Source: Candidatus Multivorans sp. | GTDB lineage: Bacteria > Acidobacteriota > Thermoanaerobaculia > Multivoradales > Multivoraceae | Length of the DNA stretch: 64,000 bases | Assembly: GCA_965224025.1 (NCBI GenBank) | Contig: CBDCYE010000001.1 | Location: 1 to 64,000, forward strand | Direction: 5' to 3' | Part shown: piece by piece, positions 1-10,719 of the stretch | Layout: each line of letters opens with the position of its first letter | How positions within the stretch are numbered: position 1 is the first letter of the stretch | Program-made: the position numbers and the translations under genes | Notes under the pieces: model-generated | Told to the model about the DNA's origin: nothing | The model's input: only the letters and a program-made list of their open reading frames with translations | Database searches by the model: none

Positions 1-2187
1 CAGGTTCGAGGTCATGATGACGACCGTGTTCTTGAAGTCGACGGTCCGCCCCTGGGAGTCCGTGATCCGGCCGTCGTCGAGGATCTGGAGCAGGACGTTG
101 AATACGTCGCGGTGCGCCTTCTCGATCTCGTCGAACAGGACGACCGCGTACGGCTTGCGTCGCACCGCCTCGGTCAACTGGCCGCCGTCCTCGTGGCCGA
201 TGTAGCCGGGCGGCGCCCCGACCAGGCGCGAGACCGTGTGCCGCTCCATGTACTCGCTCATGTCGATGCGGACCATGTTGTCCTCGGTGTCGAAGAGCGC
301 CTCGGCCAGGGTCTTGGCGAGTTCCGTCTTGCCGACGCCGGTGGGACCGAGGAACAGGAAGGAGCCGATGGGACGCCGGGGATCCTTGATGCCGGAGCGG
401 GCGCGGATCACCGCGTCCGCCACCAGTCCTACCGCTTCGTCCTGGCCGATCACCCGGCGGTGCAGGATCTCGTCCAGGCGCAGCAGCTTCTCGCGTTCGC
501 CCTCGACCAGGCGGGTGACCGGAACGCCGGTCCAGTTGGACACGATCTCGGCGATCTCGTTGTCGGTCACCTCTTCCCGCAGCAGCCGGGCGCCGGTATC
601 GGGGGTGTCGCCGTCGCCGGCTTCGTGCTCTTTGTCGCCGAGCTTCGCGATCAGCCCCGGGAGCACCCCGTGCCGCAGCTCGGCGGCCCGGTTCAGGTCG
701 TAGTTGCGCTCGGCGATCTCGATCTCGCGCCGCACCTGCTCGATCTGTTCGCGCACCCTGCGCTCGTCGTCGATCGCCGCCTTTTCGCTCTCCCACTGGC
801 TGCGCATCGCGGCCGCCCGGGTCCGCAGGTCGGCGAGTTCGCGCCTTAGAGTCTGCAGGCGCGCCTTGCTCGACTTGTCGGTCTCCTTGTTGAGCGCCGC
901 TTCCTCGATCTCGAGCCGCATGACGCGACGGGTCACCTCGTCGAGTTCGGCCGGCAGGGAGTCGATCTCGGTGCGGATCAGGGCGCAGGCCTCGTCGACC
1001 AGGTCGATCGCCTTGTCGGGCAGGAACCGGTCCGACACGTAGCGGTCGGAGAGGGTGGCCGCGGCGACCAGAGCGTTGTCCTGGATCCGCACGCCGTGGT
1101 GGACCTCGAAGCGCTCGCGCAGCCCGCGCAGGATCGACACCGTGTCCTCGACCGACGGCGCGTCGACCAGGATCGGCTGGAACCGCCGTTCGAGCGCCGC
1201 GTCCTTCTCGACGTACTTGCGGTACTCGTCCAGGGTGGTGGCGCCGATGCAGTGGAGTTCGCCGCGCGCGAGCATCGGCTTGAGCAGATTGCCGGCGTCG
1301 GTGGAGCCCTCGGTGCGGCCGGCGCCGACGATGTTGTGGACCTCGTCGATGAACAGCAGGATGCGGCCCTCGCTCTGGGCGATCTCGGTCAGCACCGCCT
1401 TCAGCCGCTCCTCGAACTCGCCGCGGTACTTGGCGCCGGCGAGCAGCGACCCGAGGTCGAGCGAGAACACGCTGCGGTCCTTGAGCCACTCGGGCACGTC
1501 GCCGCGAACGATGCGCTGGGCCAGTCCCTCGACGATCGCCGTCTTGCCGACCCCCGGTTCGCCGATCAGCACCGGGTTGTTCTTCGTCTTGCGCGAGAGG
1601 ATGCGGATCGCGCGGCGGATCTCCGAATCGCGGCCGATGACCGGGTCCATCTTGCCGGCGCGCGCCTGGGCGACCAGGTCGACGCCGTACTTCTCGAGCG
1701 CCTCGTACGAAGTCTCCGGGTTGTTGCTGGTCACGCGCTGCGCCCCGCGCAGCGTCTTGAGCGCTTCCAGGAGGGGCGGCCGGGTGAGGCCGGCTTCGGC
1801 GAGTGCCTGGGCGGCGCCGTCCTTGCCCTCGGCTGCTCCGAGCAGCAGGTGCTCGACCGAGACGTAGTCGTCGCCGAGCGCCCTGGCCTCGTCCTCGGCC
1901 CGGAGCAGGAGTTGCTCCAGGCCGGCTGTGACGTAGATCTTGCCGAGTTCGCCGGCGCCGCCCGAGACCTTCGGCTTGCGGTCGAGGTCCTTCTGCAGCT
2001 CCGCACGCAGGGCGGCCGCGTCGACGTCGAGGCGCTGGAGCAGCCGGGGCGCCAGACCGTCGTGCTGGTCGAGCAGCGCGAGCAGCAGATGCTCGCTGCC
2101 GACCTGCTGGTGGCCGAGACGCCGCGCCCGGTCCTGGGCGCCGGTCAGGGCTTCCTGGGACTTCATCGTCAGCTTGTTCGGGTCCAT
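1..2187 (-). CDS. clpB: ATP-dependent chaperone ClpB (3' end runs off the window)
   Basis: Minus frame starts [14 protein letters not shown]. It contains [38 protein letters not shown] and [17 protein letters not shown], and ends IMTSNL at the window edge. It is absent from the ORF track because it has no stop in the window. Confidence 0.96.
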   Translation of the reverse strand, partial: MDPNKLTMKSQEALTGAQDRARRLGHQQVGSEHLLLALLDQHDGLAPRLLQRLDVDAAALRAELQKDLDRKPKVSGGAGELGKIYVTAGLEQLLLRAEDEARALGDDYVSVEHLLLGAAEGKDGAAQALAEAGLTRPPLLEALKTLRGAQRVTSNNPETSYEALEKYGVDLVAQARAGKMDPVIGRDSEIRRAIRILSRKTKNNPVLIGEPGVGKTAIVEGLAQRIVRGDVPEWLKDRSVFSLDLGSLLAGAKYRGEFEERLKAVLTEIAQSEGRILLFIDEVHNIVGAGRTEGSTDAGNLLKPMLARGELHCIGATTLDEYRKYVEKDAALERRFQPILVDAPSVEDTVSILRGLRERFEVHHGVRIQDNALVAAATLSDRYVSDRFLPDKAIDLVDEACALIRTEIDSLPAELDEVTRRVMRLEIEEAALNKETDKSSKARLQTLRRELADLRTRAAAMRSQWESEKAAIDDERRVREQIEQVRREIEIAERNYDLNRAAELRHGVLPGLIAKLGDKEHEAGDGDTPDTGARLLREEVTDNEIAEIVSNWTGVPVTRLVEGEREKLLRLDEILHRRVIGQDEAVGLVADAVIRARSGIKDPRRPIGSFLFLGPTGVGKTELAKTLAEALFDTEDNMVRIDMSEYMERHTVSRLVGAPPGYIGHEDGGQLTEAVRRKPYAVVLFDEIEKAHRDVFNVLLQILDDGRITDSQGRTVDFKNTVVIMTSNL

Positions 2188-2223
2188 ATCGTTCAAGTAC
2201 TCCTGTTGGTTCCGGGGGCCCGC

Positions 2224-3231
2224 TCAGTGCTCCCCGCCGCCGGTCCCGGAGGCGTCGCCTGAGGGCTCGAAGTCGGAGGTCTCACGGAGCTGCTCGAACA
2301 ACGCCTTCTCCTCCGCCGTGAGCCGCTTGGGGACGACGACCTGAACTTCGGCCAGCAGATCGCCGTCCGGGCCCTTGGGATCGGGCAGCCCGCGGCCGCG
2401 CAGGCGCATCTTCCGGCCGGTCGACGAGCCGGGCGGAAGCTGTGCCTCCGCGTGCCCGCCGAGGGTCGGAATCCGCACCTTGCCGCCCAGCGCGGCGGTC
2501 CAGGGCGCCACCGGCACGTCGCAATGAAGGTCGCGCCCGCGGCGGCGAAAGACCGGGTGAGGCAGGGCTTCGACCTTGAGCAGCAGATCGCCGTCGGGCG
2601 CGCCCATGCCCTTGCCGCCCTGGCCGCTGAGTCGGATCGACTGGCCGGGAAGCACGCCCTTCGGAATCTGCACCTGAAGGTTCCGGGTCCGGCCGGTCGA
2701 ACGGTTGAGAAACTCGATCGTTCGTGGACCGCCCTCGGCCAGGTTCTCGAGGCTGAGCGGCAACGCGACTTCGTGGTTCCGGCCGCGGCGGGGACGGGTC
2801 CAGCTCCCGGGCCGGCCGCCGCCGGGGAAGCCCTGCGGACCGGCGTCTGCGAACAGCATGTCGAAGAAGGAACTGAATCCGGAGGCGCCGCCGGCGCCGC
2901 GGGCGCTGCCGAAGTCGAAACGCTCGTCGCCGCCGAAGTTGCCTCCGTCGCCTCCGAAGTTGAAACGGAAGCCCTCCCAGCCGGGCGGGGGGGCGCCCCC
3001 GGTCTGCACCCGTTGCCAGGCGGCGCCGTACTGGTCGTACTTGCCGCGCTTGTCCTGGTCCTTGAGCACCTCGTAGGCCTCGCCGATGTCCTTGAAGCGG
3101 GCCTCGGCGCCCGGGTCCTTGTTCACGTCCGGGTGGAACTGGCGAGCTAGCTTGCGGTAGGCCCGCTGGATCTCGGCCGCGGGGGCGTCCTTCGCTACCC
3201 CCAGCGTCTTGTAGTAGTCCTTGTATTCCAC
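2224..3231 (-). CDS. DnaJ-class chaperone (CbpA-like; J domain plus C-terminal domain, no Zn finger)
   Basis: VEYKDYYKTLGV, HPD motif, G/F-rich linker and C-terminal GDLL repeats. GTG at 3231 follows GGAGA. Confidence 0.92.
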   Translation of the reverse strand: MEYKDYYKTLGVAKDAPAAEIQRAYRKLARQFHPDVNKDPGAEARFKDIGEAYEVLKDQDKRGKYDQYGAAWQRVQTGGAPPPGWEGFRFNFGGDGGNFGGDERFDFGSARGAGGASGFSSFFDMLFADAGPQGFPGGGRPGSWTRPRRGRNHEVALPLSLENLAEGGPRTIEFLNRSTGRTRNLQVQIPKGVLPGQSIRLSGQGGKGMGAPDGDLLLKVEALPHPVFRRRGRDLHCDVPVAPWTAALGGKVRIPTLGGHAEAQLPPGSSTGRKMRLRGRGLPDPKGPDGDLLAEVQVVVPKRLTAEEKALFEQLRETSDFEPSGDASGTGGGEH

Positions 3232-3293
3232 CAGTTCTCCATTCCGAGGGTCTGAGCGTGGGCCTGAGCACCAACGACCCAAGTTGGACACAT

Positions 3294-3316
3294 AGTTTAG
3301 TCCATCACACTCAACT
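3294..3316. promoter_or_regulatory. HAIR-like (HspR-associated inverted repeat) operator
   Basis: AGTTTAGT-N7-ACTCAACT compared with consensus CTTGAGT-N7-ACTCAAG. It lies ~60 bp upstream of the dnaJ-like/clpB operon. Confidence 0.7.
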
Positions 3317-3484
3317 TTAGGAACCCGGGTGGCGCGATCGGTGCCACCCGTGAACCAGTCCGTGCGCCCGTCATCGGGCGCGCGGATGGCATCCTTAGCG
3401 AGGGTTCCGGCTGGTGGACTGCAGATACACGAAGGGCGCGACTTGCGTCGCGCCCCGGGTCTTGCTCAATTGGCCGCTAGTCCG

Positions 3485-3736
3485 TCACGGCGGGTCGAAG
3501 CCGAAAATCGTGTAGTTCAGCGCTATGTACTTGTCCTGACCCTCGGGGACCTCCTCGAGCGGCAGGATCGCCTGCACCGGACAGGCGTCGACGCACAGGC
3601 CGCAGTCGATGCACTCCTCCGGGTGGATGTAGAGCATGTCCCAGTCGTCATCGTCGTAGATGCAGTCGACAGGGCAGACATCGACGCACGACGTGTCCTT
3701 CACGCCGATGCAGGGTTCAAAGATGATGTGGGTCAT
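3485..3736 (-). CDS. 7Fe-type ([3Fe-4S][4Fe-4S]) ferredoxin
   Basis: MTHIIFEPCIGVKDTSCVDVCPVDCI...HPEECIDCGLCVDACPV. ATGA overlap with the thiO stop. Confidence 0.92.
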   Translation of the reverse strand: MTHIIFEPCIGVKDTSCVDVCPVDCIYDDDDWDMLYIHPEECIDCGLCVDACPVQAILPLEEVPEGQDKYIALNYTIFGFDPP

Positions 3737-4920
3737 CGGACTCTTCCTCGGGCGGGCCAGTGAGTGCCGGACTGTCGAGTTTTCGGCGGACTCGTGCGGG
3801 AGACAGTAGCAGAGTTGAACCGGCCCGGGCGCATCGCGGCGGGGACCGGGACGACGGGGTCCCCGGGCCGGCCGAGGACCAGCGGCGCTATCATCCTGGC
3901 GGTGAGCGGGGCCAGCAGGATGCCGTTGCGGAAGTGTCCGGCGGCGATGTGCAGACGGTCGCTCAACTGGCCGACCAGGGGCCACCCGTCGGGCGTTCCC
4001 GGGCGAAGCCCGGCCCAGTGTTCGACCGGTTCGCGGCCGCGTAGCGCCGGCAGAAGGTCGGCGGCCCCACGGGCCAGTCCGCTGCCGACATCGTCGGTCA
4101 GGCTGAGGTCGAAGCCCGTGTGCTCGACCGAAGCGCCGATCAGGAGGCGGTTGCCGGCACGGCGGACGGCATAGAAGGACGGGGTTCGGATGGCGCCGGT
4201 AAAGGGCCAGTCGATCCGGTCGAAGGCGATCATCTGGCCCTTGACGGGACGGATGGGCAGGTTAGGCAGACCGCGGATTGCCGGTGTCCAGGCGCCGCCG
4301 CAGATTACGACGGCGCCGGCGGCGCACGCGAAACCGGCGCCCGCGGCAGAGACGCCGCCCGGTTCCTCGGTCACGCTCTCGACCCTGGCCCGGTGGAGGG
4401 TCACGCCCTGGCGGCGCAGGGCTGCCGCGGCTGCGGCAGTGGCGAGCCGATTGTCGACGCGGTGTTCGCCCGGCAGCAGCAGTGCCGCCTCGATCCCGGG
4501 ACGAAGGTCCGGCACCAATCGGAGCAGTTCGGCGCGGTCGAGTTCCGCGGTCGGCTCGCCGAGGTCGGTGGCCTGTGCCCGGATCCCGCCCAGCACCTTG
4601 CGGCCTGTTTCGTCGAGGACCGGCAGGATGGCGCCCGAGCTGTCGTAGTCGATCGAGGTCCCGCTCTCGTGTTCGAGGGCCGGCGCCAGCTCGGTCCAGA
4701 GATCGCGCGACACAAGCGCCATCTTCGCGAAGGCCGCATCGGCGCTGCTCTCCGCGATCGGCGCGATCATTCCGGCCGCGGTGGGCGAGGCGGCGCCCGC
4801 GCGGCGGTCGTCGGCGACCTCGACCCGGGCGCCGGCGCGGATCAGCTCGCGCGCGATCAGCAGGCCGATCAGGCCGCCGCCGACAACCAGGACATCGGGT
4901 CGCGGCCCAGAAGCGGGCAT
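3733..4920 (-). CDS. thiO: Glycine oxidase ThiO-like FAD oxidoreductase
   Basis: VVGGGLIG FAD motif, AAGMIAP, PVKGQ, WAGLRPGTPD and GHFRNGILLAP. Confidence 0.85.
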   Translation of the reverse strand: MPASGPRPDVLVVGGGLIGLLIARELIRAGARVEVADDRRAGAASPTAAGMIAPIAESSADAAFAKMALVSRDLWTELAPALEHESGTSIDYDSSGAILPVLDETGRKVLGGIRAQATDLGEPTAELDRAELLRLVPDLRPGIEAALLLPGEHRVDNRLATAAAAAALRRQGVTLHRARVESVTEEPGGVSAAGAGFACAAGAVVICGGAWTPAIRGLPNLPIRPVKGQMIAFDRIDWPFTGAIRTPSFYAVRRAGNRLLIGASVEHTGFDLSLTDDVGSGLARGAADLLPALRGREPVEHWAGLRPGTPDGWPLVGQLSDRLHIAAGHFRNGILLAPLTARMIAPLVLGRPGDPVVPVPAAMRPGRFNSATVSRTSPPKTRQSGTHWPARGRVR

Positions 4921-7316
4921 CAGTTGTTCGCCAGGGCGTCGGCCTGCAGGCGCGCCCGCGGCGCGACTCTCGGCCCGGCGTCGGACACAAGGCGCCCGCG
5001 CTGCGCGGTGGCGAGGGTCTCGAAGACGGCCCGGGCGCGTGCCCGGTACTCGTCCCGGCCCTCGTCGCTAAGCATCTTCAGGGCGAGGCCGACCGTGTAC
5101 TCCACCGTCTCGCGGCCCAGTCCGCTGCGGCCGGGAGCGTCGATCGTGCGCAGGCTGCGGATGGCCTCGGCAGCGTCGCCGCCCGCGAGGAGCAGGGTGG
5201 CGAGATTGAACTCGAGCAGCCAGCGCGGGATGTCGCCGCTTCGCTCCAGTTCCTGGAGCAGCCGGGCGGCGGCGGCGGACGGCAGCAGGTCGGGGTCGAA
5301 GACATCGAGCCCCGTCCACCCCCACTCCGGCTCGGCGGTCAGGACGATGACGGTGTCCCGGTCCTGGATCTCGAGTTCGACCACGCCGCCGAGTTTCAGG
5401 TTCTCGAGGGCCGCGGTCAACTGAAGGGTCGAGGAAGCGGCCGTGCCGTCGATGGCGAGGACTTCCATCCCGGGCCGGAGCCCCGCCTCGTCCGCGGGTC
5501 CGCCGGGTTCGACCGTGGCCACGATGGGCACGCCCGCGGTCAGCGAGTCGATCAGAACGGCGCCGAAGCGCGGCGTCTGGCGGCCCAGGTCCGGATCGAG
5601 GGCGCCGGCGAGACGGAGCAGCGGTCCGGCCTCCAGGCGTCCGCCATCGATCCGCACGGTCCGCACGTCGGGCCGCGCCGGGCCGGGGGCGGCCGGCCAC
5701 CACCACAGGTCGACCGCATCGGCGACCAAGTCGTCGTTGAGGACGGCGGCGAAGTAGAGCGCTGCCGGCAGCCTTGCCTGGACCTGCTCCTGGATCGCGG
5801 TCCAGTCCAATTCCCGGCGAGCGGTTTCGCGGTCGCGCAGCGTCTCCGCATCGACTCCCAGCGCCGCGAGCGCCGCGACGCCTTCGGTGGCGCGTCCGAG
5901 GACGCTGTAGGCCCCGGCGCCGCGGAACGACTCGAGCGCCGACTCCATGGCCCGAACCCCGGCCGGATCGTCGCCCAGCACGCCGAGGTAGACGAGCGCG
6001 GGGCGGAGTTCGATGTCGACGTCGATCCGGCGCCGATCCTCGGCGACCACGGAGGTCTCGAAGTAGCCCAGGGCGCCGTGGGTCACCGAGAGGTCGTAGG
6101 CGCCGGGAGGAAGACGCACCTGGGGCGGCGACTTCGACCAGTCGGGGCGCAGGACCCGGCCATTGCCGAGGACGGTCGCGCCTTCGGCCAGTCCGGTCAG
6201 ACCGATGACCGTTTCCTCGCGCTCGAGAACGATCGGCGGCAGGTCGTAGTCGCGCAGGTCAGGCAGTTGCAGGCTGGTCTCGACGCTCCGGAAGCCGTCC
6301 TTCTCGATCTCGATCCGGTAGCGCCCGGGCGGAAGATCCTCGATCCAGAGTTCCTCGGAGAAGTCTTCGGGCGGATGCTCCGAGGCCGGTCCCTCCGGCC
6401 GGAACCAGGGTTCCGCCTGGCCGGCGGTTCGCCCGCGCTCGATGCCGTCGACGAGTACGCTGGCGCCGGTCGGCGCGGTGCGCATCCGGACGACCGCGCT
6501 GTCGCGGTCGAGCGAGACCTCGACTTCGAGGTCTCGCGCGCCCACGATCGTGAAGGCGGCGGTGGTGGGCAGGAAGCCCGGACGGGAAACGAAGGCCAGG
6601 TAGTCGCCGATCAGCAGCGGAGTGGGCTCGGGCGGCTCGATCGTGGAGTCGTCGGCGTCATCGGCGGCAGCTTCTTCGCCGGTCTCGTCCGCCGCCTCCT
6701 CGCCGTTCTCCTCGCCGGGCGTGGTCTCCGGCGGCGCCCTGTTCTCGAACTCCACTCCAGCGACCAGAATGCGGGCGTCCCGCGGCAGGACCAGGAAGGA
6801 GACGCGGCCCACCAGTTCTTCCTTCCGGCCCTTCAGACGGTCGGTCAACTGCTTGCCGGCGGTCTCCTCGTCCAGCTCGAACAGGGGATCGAGGCGGACG
6901 ATCCGGTCGAGCGCCTCGTCGGCGGCCTCCCGGTCACTCAGCGTCCAGTGGGCGGCGGCCAGGTAGAGCCAGGCGGTGCGCAGGGTCTGGAACAGGCGTG
7001 GGTCGTTGCCGGCGAGTTCCCGTGCATCGCCGGTTGCGGCGGCAAGTGGCGCCAGGGTCTCGATCACGCTCTGCAGGACGGGAATCGCCCCCTCGGAGTC
7101 GCCATCCGCGTAGAGATCGCCGGCCTCGGCCAGCGCGGCCGTCGCCTGCGGCGGCAGCCGGCTCGAGCGCTCGATCTCGAGATCGCTGCGGCCGATCTCC
7201 TGGACGCCGAAGCGCTGTGCGGCGAGGGGGCCGGAGAGGGCGAGGAGCGCCGGCAGGATGACCGCGGCCAGGGCGGCCCTTCGGGGTCGCCCCTTGGTGG
7301 TGAGCTTGTGGCGCAT
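4920..7316 (-). CDS. Secreted TPR/PEGA/PDZ-domain protein
   Basis: Signal peptide; PEGA-like PTGASVLVDG...GRT and LPPGRYRIEIEKDGF; PDZ-like VEPGGPADEAGLRPGMEVLAIDG. Start chosen at the ATG (MRHKL). Confidence 0.75.
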   Translation of the reverse strand: MRHKLTTKGRPRRAALAAVILPALLALSGPLAAQRFGVQEIGRSDLEIERSSRLPPQATAALAEAGDLYADGDSEGAIPVLQSVIETLAPLAAATGDARELAGNDPRLFQTLRTAWLYLAAAHWTLSDREAADEALDRIVRLDPLFELDEETAGKQLTDRLKGRKEELVGRVSFLVLPRDARILVAGVEFENRAPPETTPGEENGEEAADETGEEAAADDADDSTIEPPEPTPLLIGDYLAFVSRPGFLPTTAAFTIVGARDLEVEVSLDRDSAVVRMRTAPTGASVLVDGIERGRTAGQAEPWFRPEGPASEHPPEDFSEELWIEDLPPGRYRIEIEKDGFRSVETSLQLPDLRDYDLPPIVLEREETVIGLTGLAEGATVLGNGRVLRPDWSKSPPQVRLPPGAYDLSVTHGALGYFETSVVAEDRRRIDVDIELRPALVYLGVLGDDPAGVRAMESALESFRGAGAYSVLGRATEGVAALAALGVDAETLRDRETARRELDWTAIQEQVQARLPAALYFAAVLNDDLVADAVDLWWWPAAPGPARPDVRTVRIDGGRLEAGPLLRLAGALDPDLGRQTPRFGAVLIDSLTAGVPIVATVEPGGPADEAGLRPGMEVLAIDGTAASSTLQLTAALENLKLGGVVELEIQDRDTVIVLTAEPEWGWTGLDVFDPDLLPSAAAARLLQELERSGDIPRWLLEFNLATLLLAGGDAAEAIRSLRTIDAPGRSGLGRETVEYTVGLALKMLSDEGRDEYRARARAVFETLATAQRGRLVSDAGPRVAPRARLQADALANN

Positions 7317-7324
7317 TCCCACTG

Positions 7325-8788
7325 CTACTCCACGACCAGGACGGTACCGAGCCGGCTGTCGGCGATGAAGATGCGCGCCCGGGCGTCGACCGCGATGTCC
7401 TCCGGCGCCCGCAACTCCTGCGCGCTCGGGAGGACAGGTCCGATGGTGGCGATGGGTGTGGCAAACGGGTCGTAGACCAGGACCTGGAGCTTTCCTGTGT
7501 CGAGCACGTAACGGTTGCCGAACGGGTCGACATCGATTGCTGTGGGTCGCTTCCATTCGGCGCGGAACGACTCCTCGAATCTGCCGTCGGCGCCGAAGCG
7601 GAGCACCGATGGTGCTTGCGAGCGGGAACCAGCGTCCAGGACGTGGATGGCGCCGTCTTCGCCCACGGCGAGGTCGATGGGCTCGGTCATCCCGCCCACC
7701 CGCAGGGTTTCGAGCGGGCGGCCGTCCGGGTCGTAGCGGAGCACTTCGGCGGCGCGGCGCGAGAGCACGGTCCAGTTGCCGAACTCGTCCCGGTGGGCGG
7801 CGACAATCCGGTCAAGGGCGCCGCCCTGAGGGCGAGTGAAGGAGACGGTCGCGAGATCCCGGAGCCGGGTCACTCCGTCGGCTGTGATCACGGCCGCGCC
7901 GCCGCGGGAAGTTTGGCTGGGCCGGACGATCCCGCGGATGTCGCGGGCCGAGGACGGCGTCCCGCCGGCATCCAGGATCGCCGCCCGGTTCGGTGCGGTG
8001 ACCAGGAGTTCGCCGTCCGGTCCGGCCGCGACTCCACGGGGCTTCTCGATTCCCACCTGCTCGGGGAGGTAGGGCCGGGAACGGCGCCAGCGCTGCTGGC
8101 CTGCGAGCGGCCGCAGGATCAGCCGGTGGATCAGGGTCATCCGCTCGAGCGCCGTATCGGCGAGGTCGGTCAAAGGCCCCCCCCCGCCGCCGGCGCGGCG
8201 TAGCCAGCCTTCCCGCGCCAGCCGTAGATGGTCGACTGCTCCCTGCCAGTCGCCCCGCATGAGCAGCAGTTCGCCGAGTTCGAAGTGGGCCCGCGGCGTC
8301 CACTCGCTCCCGGCCTCGCGCTCCAGCACCCGCAGCAACTCGCCGGCGGCTTTCGCCGCGTCGCCGGTGCGCCGTCCCAGTGCGGCTGCCTCGACCAGGG
8401 CACGGCCGCGAATCGCCGATCGGGGGTGTTCGCTCTGCGGGAACCGCCGGCCCAGCGCCAGCAACTGCCCGCGCGCTTCCATGAGGTCGTCGGTGCTGCG
8501 GGCGGTCTGTACGGCGGCGAGAACCGCGTTCACGGCCGCGGCCGCCTCCTGCTCGGCCGCCTCCTGCTCGGCCGCCTCGTGCTGGGCTGGCAGGGCCGAG
8601 GCGACGAAGACAACGCCGAGGCCGAAGCCGAGGCGGAGGCCGCGGCTCAATATGCAGCCCAGTCCCGTCGGCTTCCGGCCGGTCGGGCGGCTAGTGTTGT
8701 GTCTCCGATACCGGTTTACAGGTAGCCGAGCCTGAAGCGCCCACCTGTGGGCAACCTTAAGTGGCACGTCAAGTCGGAGACACAACAC
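7325..8788 (-). CDS. TPR + NHL-repeat (beta-propeller) protein; true start probably downstream of 8788
   Basis: TPR-like AHFELGELL and NHL-like PRGVAAGPDG, PIDLAVGEDG, PTAIDVD, PEDIAVD...IFIADS. Confidence 0.72.
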   Translation of the reverse strand: MLCLRLDVPLKVAHRWALQARLPVNRYRRHNTSRPTGRKPTGLGCILSRGLRLGFGLGVVFVASALPAQHEAAEQEAAEQEAAAAVNAVLAAVQTARSTDDLMEARGQLLALGRRFPQSEHPRSAIRGRALVEAAALGRRTGDAAKAAGELLRVLEREAGSEWTPRAHFELGELLLMRGDWQGAVDHLRLAREGWLRRAGGGGGPLTDLADTALERMTLIHRLILRPLAGQQRWRRSRPYLPEQVGIEKPRGVAAGPDGELLVTAPNRAAILDAGGTPSSARDIRGIVRPSQTSRGGAAVITADGVTRLRDLATVSFTRPQGGALDRIVAAHRDEFGNWTVLSRRAAEVLRYDPDGRPLETLRVGGMTEPIDLAVGEDGAIHVLDAGSRSQAPSVLRFGADGRFEESFRAEWKRPTAIDVDPFGNRYVLDTGKLQVLVYDPFATPIATIGPVLPSAQELRAPEDIAVDARARIFIADSRLGTVLVVE

Positions 8789-10609
8789 TTACGCGTCGAG
8801 TTGCTCGTCGAGCCGCTCGTCACTGATCTGTTGGGCGCTTGGCGAGTGAGGGGCATGGGTGAGGATCAGGTTGGCGCGCGTGATCGCCTTCGCCGCGTCG
8901 CCGAGATGCTGGTACGTGAGCATCTCCTTGTAGAGGACGTCCGCGAGTTTGTTCAACTGCTCCTCGACCTCGCCTGCGTAGGGACCGTCCGGAAAGCGCT
9001 CGAGATACTCCGATCCGCTCGTGATGTCGTCGTAGTCGCCGACCAATTTGCCCAGCCGATCCTCCGCCAACTGGCCGAGTTCGGGGTCACGTTGCTGGAG
9101 CGCCAAGTGCTGGAGCGAGCCGAGACGGGTGAGCACCGGCGCCAGGTTGCGCAGCCCGCGCTGCGCGGCGGCCGCCGGGCTGTCGCCGTCTTCCGCTACG
9201 GCCCCCGCGGGCTCAGATTCCCAGGCTTTGAGGAAATGCTCCACCGCGTCCGTTTCGCGGCCGAGCCGGCTGTAGGAGATCCCCAGCAGCAGCGCCACCT
9301 TGGGCGCCCGCGGAGAGTCGGGGTAGTTGGAGAGGAAGGCTTCGAGGAAGGGAGTCTCGAACACGCCCCGGTCGAGGATCCTGATCGATTGGCCGTAGAG
9401 CTCTTCCGACTGGCGGCGGAGATCGGCCAGTTCGTTGCTGAGCACCGCCAGGAATGGTGAGTCGGGGGTCAGGGAGCGCACGTTCTCCATCTGCCGGCGG
9501 TAGGCGGCGGTGACCCCGCCGTAGTCCCGGGAGGTGGCCAGCCGCTCGAGCTCCGCGTCGCGCAGCTTGTGCAGGGTTTCGAGCCGCAGCGACTCGGCGG
9601 CGGCGCCGGAGGGCCATGCGCCGAGCGCCATCTCCTTCAGCAGTTCGAGTTCGGGTGACGTTGGCGGCGGTCCCTGCGGGCCGCCGCGGGGCCTCTCCTT
9701 CGTCTCGCGTTCCCCGAACCCAAGCAGGACCGTCTGCGTCTCGGTGCGGTACGCATCGACTTCTTCGGAGGGCGCCGGCGCCAGGGTCGCCAGGTAGCGG
9801 CCGCGGGCCTCGGCGGCGTGGACGCGCGAGTCGAAGAAGGGGTGGGTCTGCCAGTAGCCGAGGAGTTTCGTCTGCGAGATGCGTTCGCCCATTCTGGCCA
9901 TCAACTGCGCGAGCCCGTTCGGGTCGAAGCCGGCGGCTGCGGCATAGCGCTGTCCCTCCTCGTCGCTCTGGTCCTCGTGCTCGCGCGAGTAGCTGCGCAT
10001 GAGCAGTTCGGTGAGCAGCATGCCGCCGGTGAGAGCCGCCTGGGCGGCGGCGGCGGTCGACCCCTGATCGCGGGTGTACCCGTAGGGGCCGATGTAGCCG
10101 TCGTCCCGGTCCGAGGCGCTGGCCGCGATCAGGCCCACGGAGAGCAGGGAACTCGCCACGTTGAGCCAGGTCGCGCGCTTTTTCTGCTTCAGGAAGTGCT
10201 CGGAGGTGACGTGCGCGATCTCGTGACCGAGGAGCGCGGCCAGCATGTCATCCGAGAGCCCCAAGTCGAGCATGCCCCGGGTGATGAAGATCTGCCCGGC
10301 GGGCAGGGCGAAGGCGTTGGGAAGCGGCGTGTCGACGACAGCGAAGGTGAAGGGGTAGCCGCCTTCGTCCGCGTGGTAGGCGACCTGGTAGCCGATCTGG
10401 TTGACCCGTTCCTGCGCCTCGGGGTCGTCGAGCAGCCCGTACTGCTTCACCGCCTGAGCGGCGGCGGCCAGGCTCTTCTGGAACAGTGCGGGATTCGAGA
10501 TCTCGACACCGGGCGCGGCCGCTGCGCTCACGAGACACCAGACCAGGGCGACGGCGGTTGCGGACCGCACGGATGCCCTGCCGCGGGATGTTGGGTGGGC
10601 CTGGATCAT
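8789..10609 (-). CDS. M48 family zinc metalloprotease with C-terminal TPR region
   Basis: PNAFALPAGQIFITRG, HEIAH zinc motif, YSREHEDQSD and THP. Confidence 0.88.
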   Translation of the reverse strand: MIQAHPTSRGRASVRSATAVALVWCLVSAAAAPGVEISNPALFQKSLAAAAQAVKQYGLLDDPEAQERVNQIGYQVAYHADEGGYPFTFAVVDTPLPNAFALPAGQIFITRGMLDLGLSDDMLAALLGHEIAHVTSEHFLKQKKRATWLNVASSLLSVGLIAASASDRDDGYIGPYGYTRDQGSTAAAAQAALTGGMLLTELLMRSYSREHEDQSDEEGQRYAAAAGFDPNGLAQLMARMGERISQTKLLGYWQTHPFFDSRVHAAEARGRYLATLAPAPSEEVDAYRTETQTVLLGFGERETKERPRGGPQGPPPTSPELELLKEMALGAWPSGAAAESLRLETLHKLRDAELERLATSRDYGGVTAAYRRQMENVRSLTPDSPFLAVLSNELADLRRQSEELYGQSIRILDRGVFETPFLEAFLSNYPDSPRAPKVALLLGISYSRLGRETDAVEHFLKAWESEPAGAVAEDGDSPAAAAQRGLRNLAPVLTRLGSLQHLALQQRDPELGQLAEDRLGKLVGDYDDITSGSEYLERFPDGPYAGEVEEQLNKLADVLYKEMLTYQHLGDAAKAITRANLILTHAPHSPSAQQISDERLDEQLDA

Positions 10610-10719
10610 GGGTGATGGAACGGTCGCCTGCTCTCGGGAGATTCCAGGCTCATATGAGCGTGCGCCGCAGGAAGTTCGGTCTAGCCCATGTTCTGCTGCG
10701 CACGCTCTAGGATAGCGCT

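Noticed and set aside
4278-7475. 1065-aa plus-strand ORF and many similar long shadow ORFs
   Set aside because: These are antisense to well-supported genes, Arg/Gly/Pro-rich, and expected in high-GC DNA.
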